Origin: Octopus vulgaris
Lineage: Eukaryota
Length of the DNA: 64,000 bases
Reading direction: 5' to 3'
Assembly: GCA_951406725.2 (NCBI GenBank)
Contig: OX597822.1
Span: forward strand, 12,152,001-12,216,000
The notes beneath the pieces are model-generated. The model did no database searches. It was not told the origin of the DNA and worked only from the letters and a program-made list of their open reading frames with translations. Positions 14,176 through 27,299 of this stretch are shown one piece after another; positions within the stretch are counted from its first letter, which is position 1, and each line of letters opens with the position of its first letter. The position numbers were made by a program, and so were the translations under genes.

Positions 14176-14382
14176 TAGCACGCGGGGCGAAATGCGTAGC
14201 CGTATTTCGTCTGCCGATACGTTCTGAGTTCAAATTCCGCCGAGGTCGACTTTGCCTTTCATCCTTTCGAGGTCGATAAATTAAGTACCAGTTACGCACT
14301 GGGGTCGATGTAATCGACTTAATCCGTTTGTCTGTCCTTGTTTGTCCCCTCTATGTTTAGCCCCTTGTGGGTAACAAAGAAA
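14176..14382 (+). mobile_element. SINE family M with tail type 2, 5' clipped
   Basis: B box gttcaaattc; conserved block gtcgactttgcctttcatcctttcgaggtcgataaattaagtaccag; tail ttaatccgtttgtctgtcc...gccccttgtggg. Confidence 0.9.
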
Positions 14383-14383
14383 C

Positions 14384-14454
<71 letters not shown>

Positions 14455-14786
14455 CATGTATGTATATATGTGTGTGTATATGCATGTATATACTTACAGA
14501 GATAAATACTTGCGTTCATAATACACACATGTATTTATGAAATCGCCAAAATGTTACGAAAGCAACACAAGGGCCGATATTTCCGTCTACGGCACTTAAC
14601 TTATTTAATATAAATATATTTACCGAGGTTTCTAATATTTGATATTTAAGGGATGGTTGATATTGTAATGCAATATTTGTATGTTACGAGGTGTTATTAT
14701 TCCGAGGCGTATGAGGGAACGTGTATTCAACACTGACCAATGTCGACACACAAGAACATTCATGCGTCCAACACAAAATTCTCGAA

Positions 14787-14990
14787 TTTTGGCACAAGGC
14801 GAGCATTATCGTAGGAAAGGTTAAATCGATGACATCGACTACAGTATTCAACTGGTACTTATATTATCAACTCTGAAAGTATAAAAGGTAAAGTCGATCG
14901 CGGTGGAATTTGAACTCAAAACGTGGAGACGTTTGAAATGCACGTAAGCATTTTGGCCCGTGTGCTAACTGTTCTGCTGGGGCGCCGTCC
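14787..14990 (-). mobile_element. SINE family M, diverged (tail type 1)
   Basis: ggcacaaggc...actggtacttatattatcaac...aaagtcgatcgcggtggaatttgaactcaaaacgt. Confidence 0.75.
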
Positions 14991-15513
14991 TGAATTCACG
15001 GTAAATATTAGCAGCCATAAGATAATGAGACGATGAGAGGATAAATAAAGCAGCGGTTATTGTGGAGGATATTAAAGGATAAGGGGAGACGGGCGGTCAA
15101 GATATGTTATCTTGGCTAATCAAAGATCAATAAAGTATGTGGGAAGGAATCAGAGAAATGGAGGCGGTTCAAGGAAGTAAATGGCAACACAATGAAGAAG
15201 AGAAGGGAAAGAAATGGTATGGTGGTATAGAATAGGTAGAGGTAGTGTTTAAGAAAGGTGGAAAGAAAGAGCAAAACGAATATTGGAATGAGAAAGAAAA
15301 ATGTTTTCATTGAAATTTTTGATCCCACGCGAACTGAAATATCATTCCAAATTTGGTATAAAGCTTTCTGATTCCACTTCCAGCGTGCCAAACTTTGGAT
15401 CCATCATCCCTGCTTCAAAAAGGTGCAACCTCGGCCTTAGAAGGACAGGTTGTAATAGATCTTGTTACGGTAGTTCCTGTAAAACTACTTATAACAACTA
15501 TAAATATAATAAA

Positions 15514-15836
<323 letters not shown>

Positions 15837-17197
15837 TATTGGCATAAAAGATGGGCTACAGCAAATATTCTGATCAATACCACAAATTTGTTTGTCAGTT
15901 GTTTGACCTTAACCAGTTGAGCATGTCCCTTAGTGGCTGACGATATGTGCATCTCTGGTCATGAGCATATGTAGTGGGAGAGTGTCATAACCATGTGTTA
16001 AAAGGAATTCTTTGGGATTTGGATAATTCACCGAAGCATGAGTGTTTCGTTCAACATTCTTAAACATTCCTTATTCAGGGAACTTTTGATAGGGATGGGC
16101 TACTTGACCTCACGAAAATTCTAACTGGGCCTCACCTGCAATGTCATGTGCTGTTTATATTGATATGAGGAATAAGATTACAGAGTATAATTGTAAGTCC
16201 CCTTTTATTTTTGCTGGTGCTAAATGCACCAGTCTCCTTTGGTAAAAAGCTATGATCGTCTCTTACTGCATGACACAAAATATAAAAATCCACATCAAGA
16301 TTTATTCAAGTGATTACCATGTCTGGATGAATCTACCGATCTATATTAAATATATTCAAATCTTAATTCAGTATAAAATCGCAAAATTTCAAAATATTAT
16401 TCAGGTGAAAAATCAACAATTTTAAAATATCTATAAAATTGTGAATTCAATTATAGATTTGAACGGAATGTGAACTTTATCATCTTGTATATACGTTATA
16501 GTAATTTATGTGAGTTTTAATAATATTAATGAACTAATTCCGGTAATATTCAATTGGGTAACCAACAGATTACGTGGTTATTGTCAAACAATTGATAGTA
16601 TCTCAACCAAGGTCAATAAATCAATTTGAGAGTCAGTTATGTAACGTTACGTATCGATGGACAACACTGGAAATCTATAAACCTCGAAGATTTTGCTTTA
16701 TTCTGCTTTGAATTTTCTGTTTCACGGTTTTCCATCCATCGAGCGACATTTGTAATGCTTTGTTTTTTTACTTGAAGTTTTGTTCGTGACCAATACTTGT
16801 TTGCGTCTCGCCCAATCTTTCGCTATTTCAAGCAAAAGTATTTCGTGAGCATTGTCCCACAATCACGAAGCAACGCAGATCAGTCATGGAGTAAGAGAGA
16901 AGGGGTGAGAGAGAAGTTGAGAGAGGAGAAAGAGGCAGAAAGGGAAAAAGAGGGAGGGAAAGAGGAAGAGTGGTAAAAGTGAGAAACAGACCACTCTATA
17001 CGTTCTGAGTGGAAATTTCCCCGTGGTTGACATAATCTTTCATTCTTTCGGGGTGGATTAAATAAGAGCCAGTTAAACACTGGGGTAGACGTAATCGCGT
17101 TACCTCTCCCTTAAAAATTATTGGCCTTTTACTAAAATTTGTAACAAATCTATGAATCCATCGTAGAAAGTTAAAGTTCATATATATATATGTACAT

Positions 17198-17230
<33 letters not shown>

Positions 17231-17231
17231 T

Positions 17232-17289
<58 letters not shown>

Positions 17290-17313
17290 GTACATATATA
17301 CATACGTACATAT

Positions 17314-17473
17314 AGTAAATCACCCAAAAAAGAACACACTAAAAATACAACACAAATGCAATGTATTAGCAGGCGGTCAGGAAAAGAAAGGAAAGAAAGA
17401 TGGTTTAACGTTTCGAGCATAGGTTCTTCTTCGAAAACAGAGGAAGTCCAATAGAAGGGAGGACGGTGGAAGA
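17314..17473 (-). mobile_element. PLE-like hammerhead terminal element (family H1), degenerate core
   Basis: Minus strand gttt-TCGAAGA-A-gaacctatgctc-GAAA-CG-TT-aaac (17403-17438), then a pyrimidine-rich tail ending at a TA tract. Homologous to 26300-26510. Confidence 0.7.
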
Positions 17474-17476
17474 TAT

Positions 17477-17532
<56 letters not shown>

Positions 17533-17535
<3 letters not shown>

Positions 17536-17900
17536 TGTAGGCATGGCTGCATCGTAACACGTTTTCTTCACAACTACATTGTTCCGGGTTCAGTCTTGAC
17601 TCTTTGAAATGGGGAAACATTGAGACAGTAACTTGTACTATGTCCTCGAGTGGACCATTTGTGAATAGACTTGGTTGACGAACCTGAAAGAAGGCCATCG
17701 TATATGTGTGTGTGTGTGTGAGTGTGTGTGCGCGTTCGATGCGCGCACGTGTGCGTGTGTGTTTATGGGGACAGGTATATACCTGTGAATATCTCTCATC
17801 AAAACAGATCGACAGAATAATTACCGAGCGTGACAAAAACGCACAGAGTGCGATTCGTTTGATTGAAATTCTTCAAGGCTGTGCCCGAGTATGTCTACGC
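17533..17900 (+). mobile_element. SINE family R, diverged
   Basis: aggtgtaggcatggctgc...gttccgggttcagtc...ggttgacgaacctgaaagaaggccatcgtat. Confidence 0.65.
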
Positions 17901-18629
17901 AGTGTCATGACTGAAACAAAAATATATAATTGTTTGTGTGTATGTGTGTTTGTGGGTGTAAGCAAGTATTTGTTGATATGTATGTGTATGTATGTATTTA
18001 TATGCATGTTTCTATATATATTTACGTACATACATGCAGAAAAACATGCATACCCACAATAATTAAACTTACATCAACTAATCTCATACCTGATATTCCC
18101 GGATTTTCCAAACGTACGAAATTCTCCTCCACACATATTACAACAACCAACCGTCTATAAAGCGAAAGGACAGGTTAGAGACTTAGTCCTAGATGCACTT
18201 AGACTATGTTTGAGAGCATTAACAATGTGATGGACATGGCTTCGCTAATTGCAGTCTCCATCAGATTTGAGCCAATGATAAAGAACAACATTAGACAGAG
18301 CAAAGAAAAGATTAGTCTGAGCTGTAAGTAGAGGCCAACAAAACTGTACTGACTCCACTCGTTGTATCAGCGTAAAGTAAAACTGCGTAGGAACTGGACA
18401 TACGTGTTTGACATAAGTGCTGGAGGTAAAGTGCTACTGCATTATACACAGACAGTTTGCATGCAAGAAACTCATTAAAAATCTTTTCTTTTATAATACA
18501 CACGCACACATACACATACACACACAGATGTATATATGTCACTCTTTCTTGCTCTCCTTACTCTTATTTCTCTGCTCTCTATTTTATATTTTATGTGTGT
18601 AAGTAATTGTGTTTGTATGTCCGCAGAAA

Positions 18630-18812
18630 TGTATGTATGTATGTATGTATGTATGTATGTATGTATGTATGTATGTATGTATGTATGTATGTATGTATGT
18701 ATGTATGTATGTATGTATGCATGCATGCATGCATGCATGCATGTATGTATGTATGTATGTATGTATGTATGTATGTATGTATGTATGTATGTATGTATGT
18801 ATGTATGTATGT
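18630..18812. repeat. (ATGT)n/(ATGC)n tetranucleotide array
   Basis: Directly visible; similar arrays near 41385, 46330 and 63185-63375. Confidence 0.95.
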
Positions 18813-18826
18813 GTATATATATATGT

Positions 18827-19143
18827 GTGTCTTCTACTATAGCCTCGGGCCGACCAAAGACTTGTGAGTGGATTTGGTAGACGGAAACTGAAAGAAGCCC
18901 GTCGTATATATGTATGCATATATATGTGTGTGTGTATGTTTGTGTGTCTGTGTTTGCCCCCCACCCCAGCATCGCTTGACAACCGATGCAAGTAAGTTTG
19001 CATCCCCGTAACTTAGCGGTCCAACAAAAGAGACCGATAGAATAACTACTATGCTTACAAAGAATAAGTCCTGTAGTCGATTTGCTCGACTGAAGGCGCT
19101 GCTCTATGATGGCCGCAGTCAAATGATTGAAACAAGTAAAAGA

Positions 19144-19145
<2 letters not shown>
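18827..19145 (+). mobile_element. SINE family R, 5' truncated
   Basis: gtgtcttctactatagcctcgggccgacc...ggccgcagtcaaatgattgaaacaagtaaaagag. Confidence 0.88.
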
Positions 19146-19187
<42 letters not shown>

Positions 19188-19290
19188 AGATAAGAAAATG
19201 GAGAAATATATATATGTTATCCCATGGAGGGTTGCATTTACAACCCCTATCTCAATTTGTGTATATATATATATATATGTGTGTGTGTGT

Positions 19291-19586
19291 GGAGGCGCAA
19301 TGGCCCAGTGGTTAGGGTAGCGGACTCGCGGTCGCAGGATCGCGGTTTCGATTCCCAGACCGGGCGTTGTGTGTGTTTATTGAGCGAAAACCCCTAAAAG
19401 CTCCACGAGGCTCCGGCAGGGGGTGGTGATCCTGCTGTACTCTTTCACCACTCTTTCTCTCACTCTTTCTTCTGTTGGCCTGCTCGCTTAGCCAGCGAGG
19501 TGGCGTCATTCGAAGGCTAAAACAATGCAAACGCATTGTGACCAGCGATGTGTAGCAACATCTGATGGTCTGGTCGGTCACGTGAT

Positions 19587-19594
<8 letters not shown>
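19291..19594 (+). mobile_element. tRNA(Arg)-like-headed SINE family A, full length
   Basis: GGAGGCGCAATGGCCCAGTGG (A box), CGGAC-TCG-CGGTCG (anticodon-like TCG), GTTTCGATTCC (B box); terminal GTCACGTGATCACGTGA. Second copy at 2506-2813. Confidence 0.9.
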
Positions 19595-19623
<29 letters not shown>

Positions 19624-19971
19624 CGTGTGTGTGTGTATATATATGAATGTGTGTGTGTATATGTGCATAAGCACACACGGACACACACACAGACAATCAC
19701 AGAGACACTTATGTATATCTACACTGTTATATGTTAGTATATGAATATATGTGCATATATTTTACTCACGCACATAAATATACAAGCACAAATATATACA
19801 AACACGTGCACGCATACACAAACACGCACATACACACACATACTCACAACACACACACACACACACACACGCGCATATTTGCGAGTTTCTCCTTGTAATC
19901 ATTTCTATTTGAAGGATATTTTTTCGCACAATAAAAAGAAACTGAAGACATTGGAGTTTTTGCGGGTTGGC

Positions 19972-20320
19972 GTAGGTGTAGCGGAATGGTACGACGTTTG
20001 CTTCCCAGACACATGGTTCTGAGTTCATTACCAGTGCGTGACATATTGGGCGAGTATCTTTCATTATTGCCCGGTAAATGGATTTGGTAGAAGGAAACTG
20101 TGTGGAATCACGTTGTGTACAGAGATAAATAAATGTTTGTGTGTGCGCACTTGCGTGTAGGCGTTTCTTTGGACTCGTCTCCCACCGCTGTTCGACGTCC
20201 AGTGTGTATTCGATTCCCTGTAACTGGCCGAAAAAATTAGTGCTAGATTTTAAAATATATATTAGGTTTAAGGTGAGACTCCAGCATGGCCACAGCCTAA
20301 TGTGTGAAGCGAGTGGAAAA
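19972..20320 (+). mobile_element. SINE family R, diverged
   Basis: ggcgtaggtgtagcggaatggt...ggatttggtagaaggaaactg...ctccagcatggccacagcc. Confidence 0.65.
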
Positions 20321-20465
20321 GAAAGAACAAATAAAGATAAATTATGCAGAAAAAGGCAGTTCCACCAAGGGTAGTTTCTGTTGACTCGAACCTAATCATA
20401 GATAGCTCAGGTAAAAGGGAGATAAATGAAAACATTGAAAAACTTATAACTTAACAGAGCAGGGT

Positions 20466-20781
20466 GGCAGCACTCCGTCGGTTACGACAATGAGGGTTCC
20501 GGTTGATCCGAATCAACGGAACAGCCTGCTCGTGAAATTAACGTGTAAGTGGCTGAGCACTCCACAGACACGTGCACTCTTAACGTAGTTCTCGGGGATA
20601 TTCAGCGTGACACAGAGAGTGACAAGGCCGGCCCATTGAAATACAGGTACAACAGAAACAGGAAGTAAGAGTGAGAGAAAGTTGTGGTGAAAGAGTACAG
20701 CAGGGATCACCACCATCCCCTGCCGGAGCGTCCTATCACCGCGAGTCCGCTGCCCTAACCATTGGGCCATTGCGCCTCCAC
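20466..20781 (-). mobile_element. Chimeric SINE (family A head plus family D tail) with 14-bp TSD
   Basis: TAACAGAGCAGGGT at 20452-20465 and 20782-20795. Head matches 19291 onward (B-box region deleted); tail matches 2160-2335. Confidence 0.9.
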
Positions 20782-21104
20782 TAACAGAGCAGGGTATTCA
20801 ATGGGGGTAAATATATTTACACGTAAATGTTTAGAGAACAGAAAATGCGTTGAACGAAATATGAGTTAATGATAAAAAAAATTTGGGGGAAGAAAAATAA
20901 AGAAAAACAAAGATATTTTTCAATTTTGGAGAAAACAATTGAAAATCCCATAACCAAAATAATTGAAAAGTGACAAGAAACGTTGCTTATTCAGGCAATG
21001 GTCTTCGTCTGTTTAAAAAGCATTTCGAATTTTAATGACTTTCTTTTTATATCGAGGGATCAGGATCTACTTTGTTTCATCTACTTGTCTCTCTCTTTCC
21101 TTCT

Positions 21105-21153
<49 letters not shown>

Positions 21154-21199
21154 GTGTGTGTGTGGTGTCTGCTCTATGCGTTGATGATACTTAGAGAGG

Positions 21200-21281
<82 letters not shown>

Positions 21282-21493
21282 TAGATATAATAAAACATGT
21301 ATATATATCTATGTATGTATATTTTTATGTATGCATGTATATGTATGTGTTTATATATATTTTCCCATCATTTTGAAACATATCTATCTGTATAAACACA
21401 TATACGCACACACACATTTATATATATATATATATATTTATCGGCATGCATGCCTGTGTATAGGCAAGTGTGTATGCATATATATATAAATGC

Positions 21494-21541
<48 letters not shown>

Positions 21542-21629
21542 GCATATATAAATGTGCATATCTATATACGCACGTATATGTACCATACATATATATATAT
21601 ATACATACATTTATGCATAGAAATATAAA

Positions 21630-21681
<52 letters not shown>

Positions 21682-22021
21682 GGAGAGTATATTCTATAAA
21701 ATTCTATAAAAGTTTGTATCACTTCATGCTTAATGTGTATTGGGTGGTGTCTGTGTACGGGTGTATACGTCTCTATCCGTTCGACTGTTAATAGCTGTCC
21801 ATGGCGATTGGTATTTCGTCGGTGATGTATGTATTTTCAATTATGTTGCAAATAAAATATTTAAGTAATTTATCACATGTGCATGGATGTACATTGCCTA
21901 TAGACGGAGCTGTGTGTATTTGCATTTGCGGATGTGTTTTAGGATATTTGTGGGGCCAACTAGGTTTGTGGTTGAGCACATTTATGTGCTTGTGTGTTTG
22001 TGTGTGTGAGTGTACGTGTGT

Positions 22022-22077
<56 letters not shown>

Positions 22078-22160
22078 ATGTATCGGTGTGAGTATGCGGC
22101 ACTTTGATAAATTCACTTATTGTCGCTATGTGGTTGGAACATTAATATATAAGTTATATG

Positions 22161-22191
<31 letters not shown>

Positions 22192-22249
22192 TATACTTAT
22201 ATATGTGTGTGTATTTGTGTGTATATATGCGTATATATATATATTTATA

Positions 22250-22298
<49 letters not shown>

Positions 22299-22329
22299 GT
22301 ATATGTATGTATATATACATATGTATATG

Positions 22330-22390
<61 letters not shown>

Positions 22391-22401
22391 GTATATGTAT
22401 G

Positions 22402-22435
<34 letters not shown>

Positions 22436-22451
22436 GGTAAAATTGGAAATA

Positions 22452-22524
22452 GAGTCAAACTTTCAAGATGTTATTAAATCATTTCTATCTTAAATGATTT
22501 AATAACAACTTGAGCGTTTGTCTC
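22452..22524. repeat. Inverted repeat (33-bp arms, 4 mismatches, 7-nt loop) in a TA-flanked insert of about 245 bp (22436-22680)
   Basis: gagtcaaactttcaagatgttattaaatcattt / aaatgatttaataacaacttgagcgtttgtctc. Confidence 0.85.
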
Positions 22525-22936
22525 CATTAAAATTTTTTCCCATTTCTTCCTGAATACGTCTCGCTTTTCTCCGGAATCAAATCCCACACAAGTGTGACCA
22601 TCGTTTCCTGGGGCGCTTAAGCAATATTTAGCTACTCTGTAGTTATTCCCCTGGATCTTTCCTAGAAATTGTTCGACCATATATAAATATAAATATAAAT
22701 ATAAATATATATATAAATATAAATATAAATATAAATATAAATATAAATATATATATACACATACATGCATACATACATATGCAAACATATTTATATTCTT
22801 ATTTATGTGCATAAATATATATATGCATGCTTTTCTCTGTCTCTGTCTCTCCACACACACTCAAGCACACCCACTCACACACAGATATGTACTCTTACAT
22901 ATACACACACATACACACACACACACACACACACAG

Positions 22937-22976
<40 letters not shown>

Positions 22977-23544
22977 CGATTTATATTTTGTCATTTCATT
23001 ATTTGTTATCATCTACCACTCACTGGATCGGTTATTCGGTTTGCATGGTGTTTAAGTGACCGACCTCACAATATTTCCCATAAACGGAACTGGTGCAACA
23101 TGAAATGAAGTGTTTTGGAACAGGCCACAACACCTTGACTTCATATCGAAACCGTAATCTTGTGCTGTGGAGTGAAACAGCACGACCTCTATTTCACTCG
23201 TCTTCGCTGTATATATGCTTCTTCCTCCTTCTGTGATAAACGTGCACATGTATAATATCCCTAAAAACCAACGAGAAAGGATTAAACATTCATTTAAGTA
23301 TATGGGGCGCAGGAATGGCTGAGTGATAAGAAGCTTTCTTTCCGACTGCATGGTTTTGGTTTCAGCACCACTGTGTGGCACATTATTATAGCAGTGGACG
23401 AGCCCACTTCTGTTATAGTAGTGGACCAGCCAAAGTCCTCTGAATGGATTTGCTAGACGGAATCTGAAGGAAGCCAATCATGTGTGTGTGTATGTGTGTG
23501 TGCGCGTGTGCGTGTGTGTGTGTGTTTATGTATGCAACTGCATA

Positions 23545-23726
23545 TGGATTGTTGGCAATTTTTTTCTCCTCCTTCAGCCTTTTTTTTGGACTTACCTATG
23601 TCTATTGTTTCGGAAGAAGAGCTGTGCGCGAAACGTAAAACAACCACTCTTTTTTCCTTTTGTGTACCACGTCCACGCGTTGTTGTTTCTTTCTTGTCTT
23701 TTCTCTTCGTCGTTAGTTATTAACTA
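23545..23726 (+). mobile_element. PLE-like hammerhead terminal element (H1)
   Basis: ttgttt-CGGAAGA-A-gagc-tgt-gcgc-GAAA-CG-TA-aaacaa (23605-23643); 3' end close to (TA)n. Confidence 0.75.
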
Positions 23727-23729
23727 AAC

Positions 23730-23783
<54 letters not shown>

Positions 23784-23840
23784 GTGTGTGTGTGTGTGTG
23801 TGTGTGTATATGTATATTTATATATATATATGTATATATA

Positions 23841-23911
<71 letters not shown>

Positions 23912-23912
<1 letters not shown>

Positions 23913-24105
23913 AAGTTAATCCAAACAAGAAAGCACAAAAAAACACTACAACGCGAGGACGTGGAACAAATATAGTATTATTGGACGCTCAGGAAAGAAG
24001 GAAAGAAGGAGGGTTTAACGTTTTGAGTGGAGCTCTTCGTCGGAAACGTAGAAGGAAATATCCAGAGAAGGGAAGACAGAGGGAAAAAATCGCCAACGGT
24101 ACACG
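23912..24105 (-). mobile_element. PLE-like hammerhead terminal element (H1), inverted relative to the 23545 copy
   Basis: Minus strand gttt-CCGACGA-A-gagc-tcc-actc-AAAA-CG-TT-aaac (24013-24047); close reverse-complement match to 26310-26510. Confidence 0.8.
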
Positions 24106-26299
24106 TATGTATGTGTGCACGCGCGTGGAGTCTCTGTGTGTCTCTCCCTCACCGCTTGATAACAAGCGTTGGTGTGCTTACGACTCTGTAACGAAGCTTT
24201 TCGACAAAGAGGACCGATAGAATAAATACCAAGCTTTAAAAACAAGAAATATTGGGGACGATTCATTAAGGCGCCGCCCCACCATGACCGCAATTTGCTG
24301 CCTGAAAAATATAAAAGATAGACGAGAAAGTCTAAAATAATTATAAATCTGCGCTTTCATACTATGCATTACCAAATACGCATTTTTTACAGTCTCGTCT
24401 ATTCTAGACAAATGTCTACCAAGTTATGAATATGAAAAAGAAAATCAAACAACAGATTTTCTTTATGAAAGTGCCCAAATATTTTCCATTATATAGATTT
24501 CTTGTAATTTCAATAAGTCTTAAGCTAACGAACACAAACAATTAGTGAAATAATCTTTCTTCCCCAGAACAATATATATTTTTATATTTACTGATAAAAC
24601 AATTCCACTCTCTCAATAACTTCCTTTTATGAATTACATCCGTTTAGATATAATTATTATATAAACCCAGTTTTTTATAAACCAATTTCCTTAACAACTT
24701 AGTATGACTAAAATCACTTCATACATTTAGTGTCTCTAAAACATAATTTCTTTTAGTTCCATAGATTGTTTTTGTACTAAGTATAATTATTTCAATAACA
24801 ATCTGTGAATCATTCTAAATTGCAAATATATCGCGGAAAAGCAAATTAGCTGAAATATCCATCCGGAGATGATAACTGTTGTGGACGTACTTTGTTAAAA
24901 TGCAAAAATACATAAGTAGCAGACGAAAATCGTCCAATGATGACAAGAGAATGTTAGTTGTGCATTTCTGACTCGTCGAAGTAGAATGTAATCACTATTG
25001 CTCGCTTGCTAAGTCGAAATCCGTCGCTACTTATATAGAAAAGCAGGGATTAAACCAATTCACGAGTGTTGTGATTAGGTGCACGATTGAAGTAATTTCG
25101 TTATGAAGTATTTGCATTAAATATCATACACTGTTGTATATTTTAATATCATATGGCATCTAATGCATATAACGGGTTATCATATCTATTTTACTCAATA
25201 CACATAAATGATATTGCTATCATTAAATTTACCCACAGTGTGCCATGATACGTAAAAAAACTACCCATGGAACATTGAAACTGATCCTCTGGGATAACTA
25301 TGTTTTGATGACACAGGCATCGCCAGAAGTATTTCCTTAGAACTTCTTGAAGATTTGGGTGCTGTTATTTGAGAATTGGTTCCTGTAATTTCGTTACCTG
25401 GCGTTCATATCAGGCATTTCTCTCATTGTGTCTACCTACCCGCGGTCCCGTTGGTAAATACCTAAATATGTATGTGTGTCAGAGTGAGAGAGTTTGTGAG
25501 GGAGATAAGGAAAGAGAGACATAGAGGGAGGCTAAGCGTGTGACATTCTGACCGCATGGGAGTGTATTAAATACAAAAAGACCAGTATTTACATGTATGT
25601 ACGCACGTATGTACGTTCGCGTGCATGTATGTATATACGTATGTATGTATGTGTGCATACATATATATACACACACAGACACATATATATATAGTATATG
25701 TATGTATAGTATATATGTATTCCACTTACCACACAGCCACTCCTGCACCTATGAGTGAGTGGACAAACGAAAGAAGTACCACATTCTAAAAGCAAAAGAA
25801 CTGGGGGCGATTTGATCGATTAAGACTTTCAAGGCGTTGCCACAGCATGGACGCTGTCCAATGAGTGAAACACGTAGGAGATAAAAATAAAAGGGTAAAT
25901 CTACAAGAATTTCAAGTTAATCTTTAAGACACTATAAATTGCTTTAATTTTAATTTCGTATGTAATTAAGAAAATATTACAATAATTAACAAAGGACCTT
26001 CATTATATAAAACATGCAATTAACTAGTGAATATTATATAATAACTGCCTGAAATAAACCATTACTTCTCATTTAAATTATTATCCGAACTTTGTTAGCT
26101 AAATACGAGCAGCTAATCTGAATCATGTTTTATACACTAAATATTGTGTTTATTCTTTAAATATGTATTTATCTTAAAATTTTAATAATCCATGTAATTC
26201 AACGTATATGAAGTTATTAACACTGGCTGAAAAACACTTATTTATTTCCCGCTCAAGTTGCGCATATACATACATATTATATATGTATATGATTCAAAA

Positions 26300-26510
26300 T
26301 GTGACCGCGTGTGTACCGTTGGCGATTTTTATCCCTTCGTCTTCCCTTCTCTGGATCTTTCCTTTTTCTGTGTTTCTGACGAAGAGCTCCGCTCGAAACG
26401 TAAAACCCTCCTTCTTCCCTTCCTTCCTGAGCGTCCAATAATACTATATTTGTTCCATGTCCTCGCGTTGTTGTGTTTTCTCTTTGTGTTTTCATGTTTG
26501 GATTAACTTT
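26300..26510 (+). mobile_element. PLE-like hammerhead terminal element (H1), best-preserved copy
   Basis: Homologous to 23912-24105, 23545-23726 and 17314-17473; ends gattaacttt followed by (AT)n. Confidence 0.8.
26372..26406 (+). ncRNA. Minimal type I hammerhead ribozyme, complete core
   Basis: GUUU-CUGACGA-A-GAGC(UCC)GCUC-GAAA-CG-UA-AAAC: stem I GUUU/AAAC, 4-bp stem II, minimal stem III; predicted cut after A26402. Confidence 0.75.
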
Positions 26511-26662
26511 ATATATATATATATATACCTGCAATATATCTTTCATTCACTGAAAATTCATTCGATGTAATTTACTTATGAAGTGATCATGATCAGGCTA
26601 CGACAAGTATGATATTCTTCTTAATTTTTACCATTAGTATAGATTCTGAATTTGTCTTAGGC

Positions 26663-26890
26663 ATTTGACAGCGGCTATCCTGGAGCACTGCCTTTAGTCG
26701 AAAAAATCGACCCCAGGACTTATCTTATTATTTCTAAGCGTAGTACTTATTCTATCGGTTCTTAGGCCAAACCAGTAAATGACGGGAGCGTACACACATC
26801 AACATCGGTTGTCAAATGATGGTGGTGACACAAACACACACACAAATACATACATGCATGCATACATGCATACATACATATATACATACA

Positions 26891-26961
<71 letters not shown>

Positions 26962-27256
26962 CTAAGTAATTAAGGGTTTATGCCTCCAACACACCGAATT
27001 TAGAAATAGCATCAAAGAGATAGCTATTCCTTCTACTAAAAGGGGGATCTTTTAGTAGAAGGAATATTGCTGTATTTCTAAATTCGGTTGTTGCAGGAAT
27101 CGTTATAAACCCTTAATTACTTAGTATTACTTAAATTTTCCTCGAATGGGGCTTTTACATACCGAAATCTACTTGGTGTAATTGATAATTATCCCTAATT
27201 AATTAATTTCACCCTTTTATTATTACTGATAACCATATTTTTATATATATATATAT

Positions 27257-27299
<43 letters not shown>

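Larger units (their letters stand above)
23304..24320 (+). mobile_element. SINE family R split by nested inserts in its internal microsatellite
   Basis: Head and CORE at 23304-23480, tail at 24131-24320; two H1 elements lie between. Confidence 0.75.

Noticed and set aside
15838-16170. Probable LINE 3' UTR or SINE fragment next to (AAT)n
   Set aside because: Single copy in the window with no ORF or promoter boxes, so it cannot be supported from the sequence alone.
19291-19365. tRNA-Arg(TCG) gene
   Set aside because: No complete cloverleaf or acceptor stem; it continues into a repeated body, so it is a SINE head.
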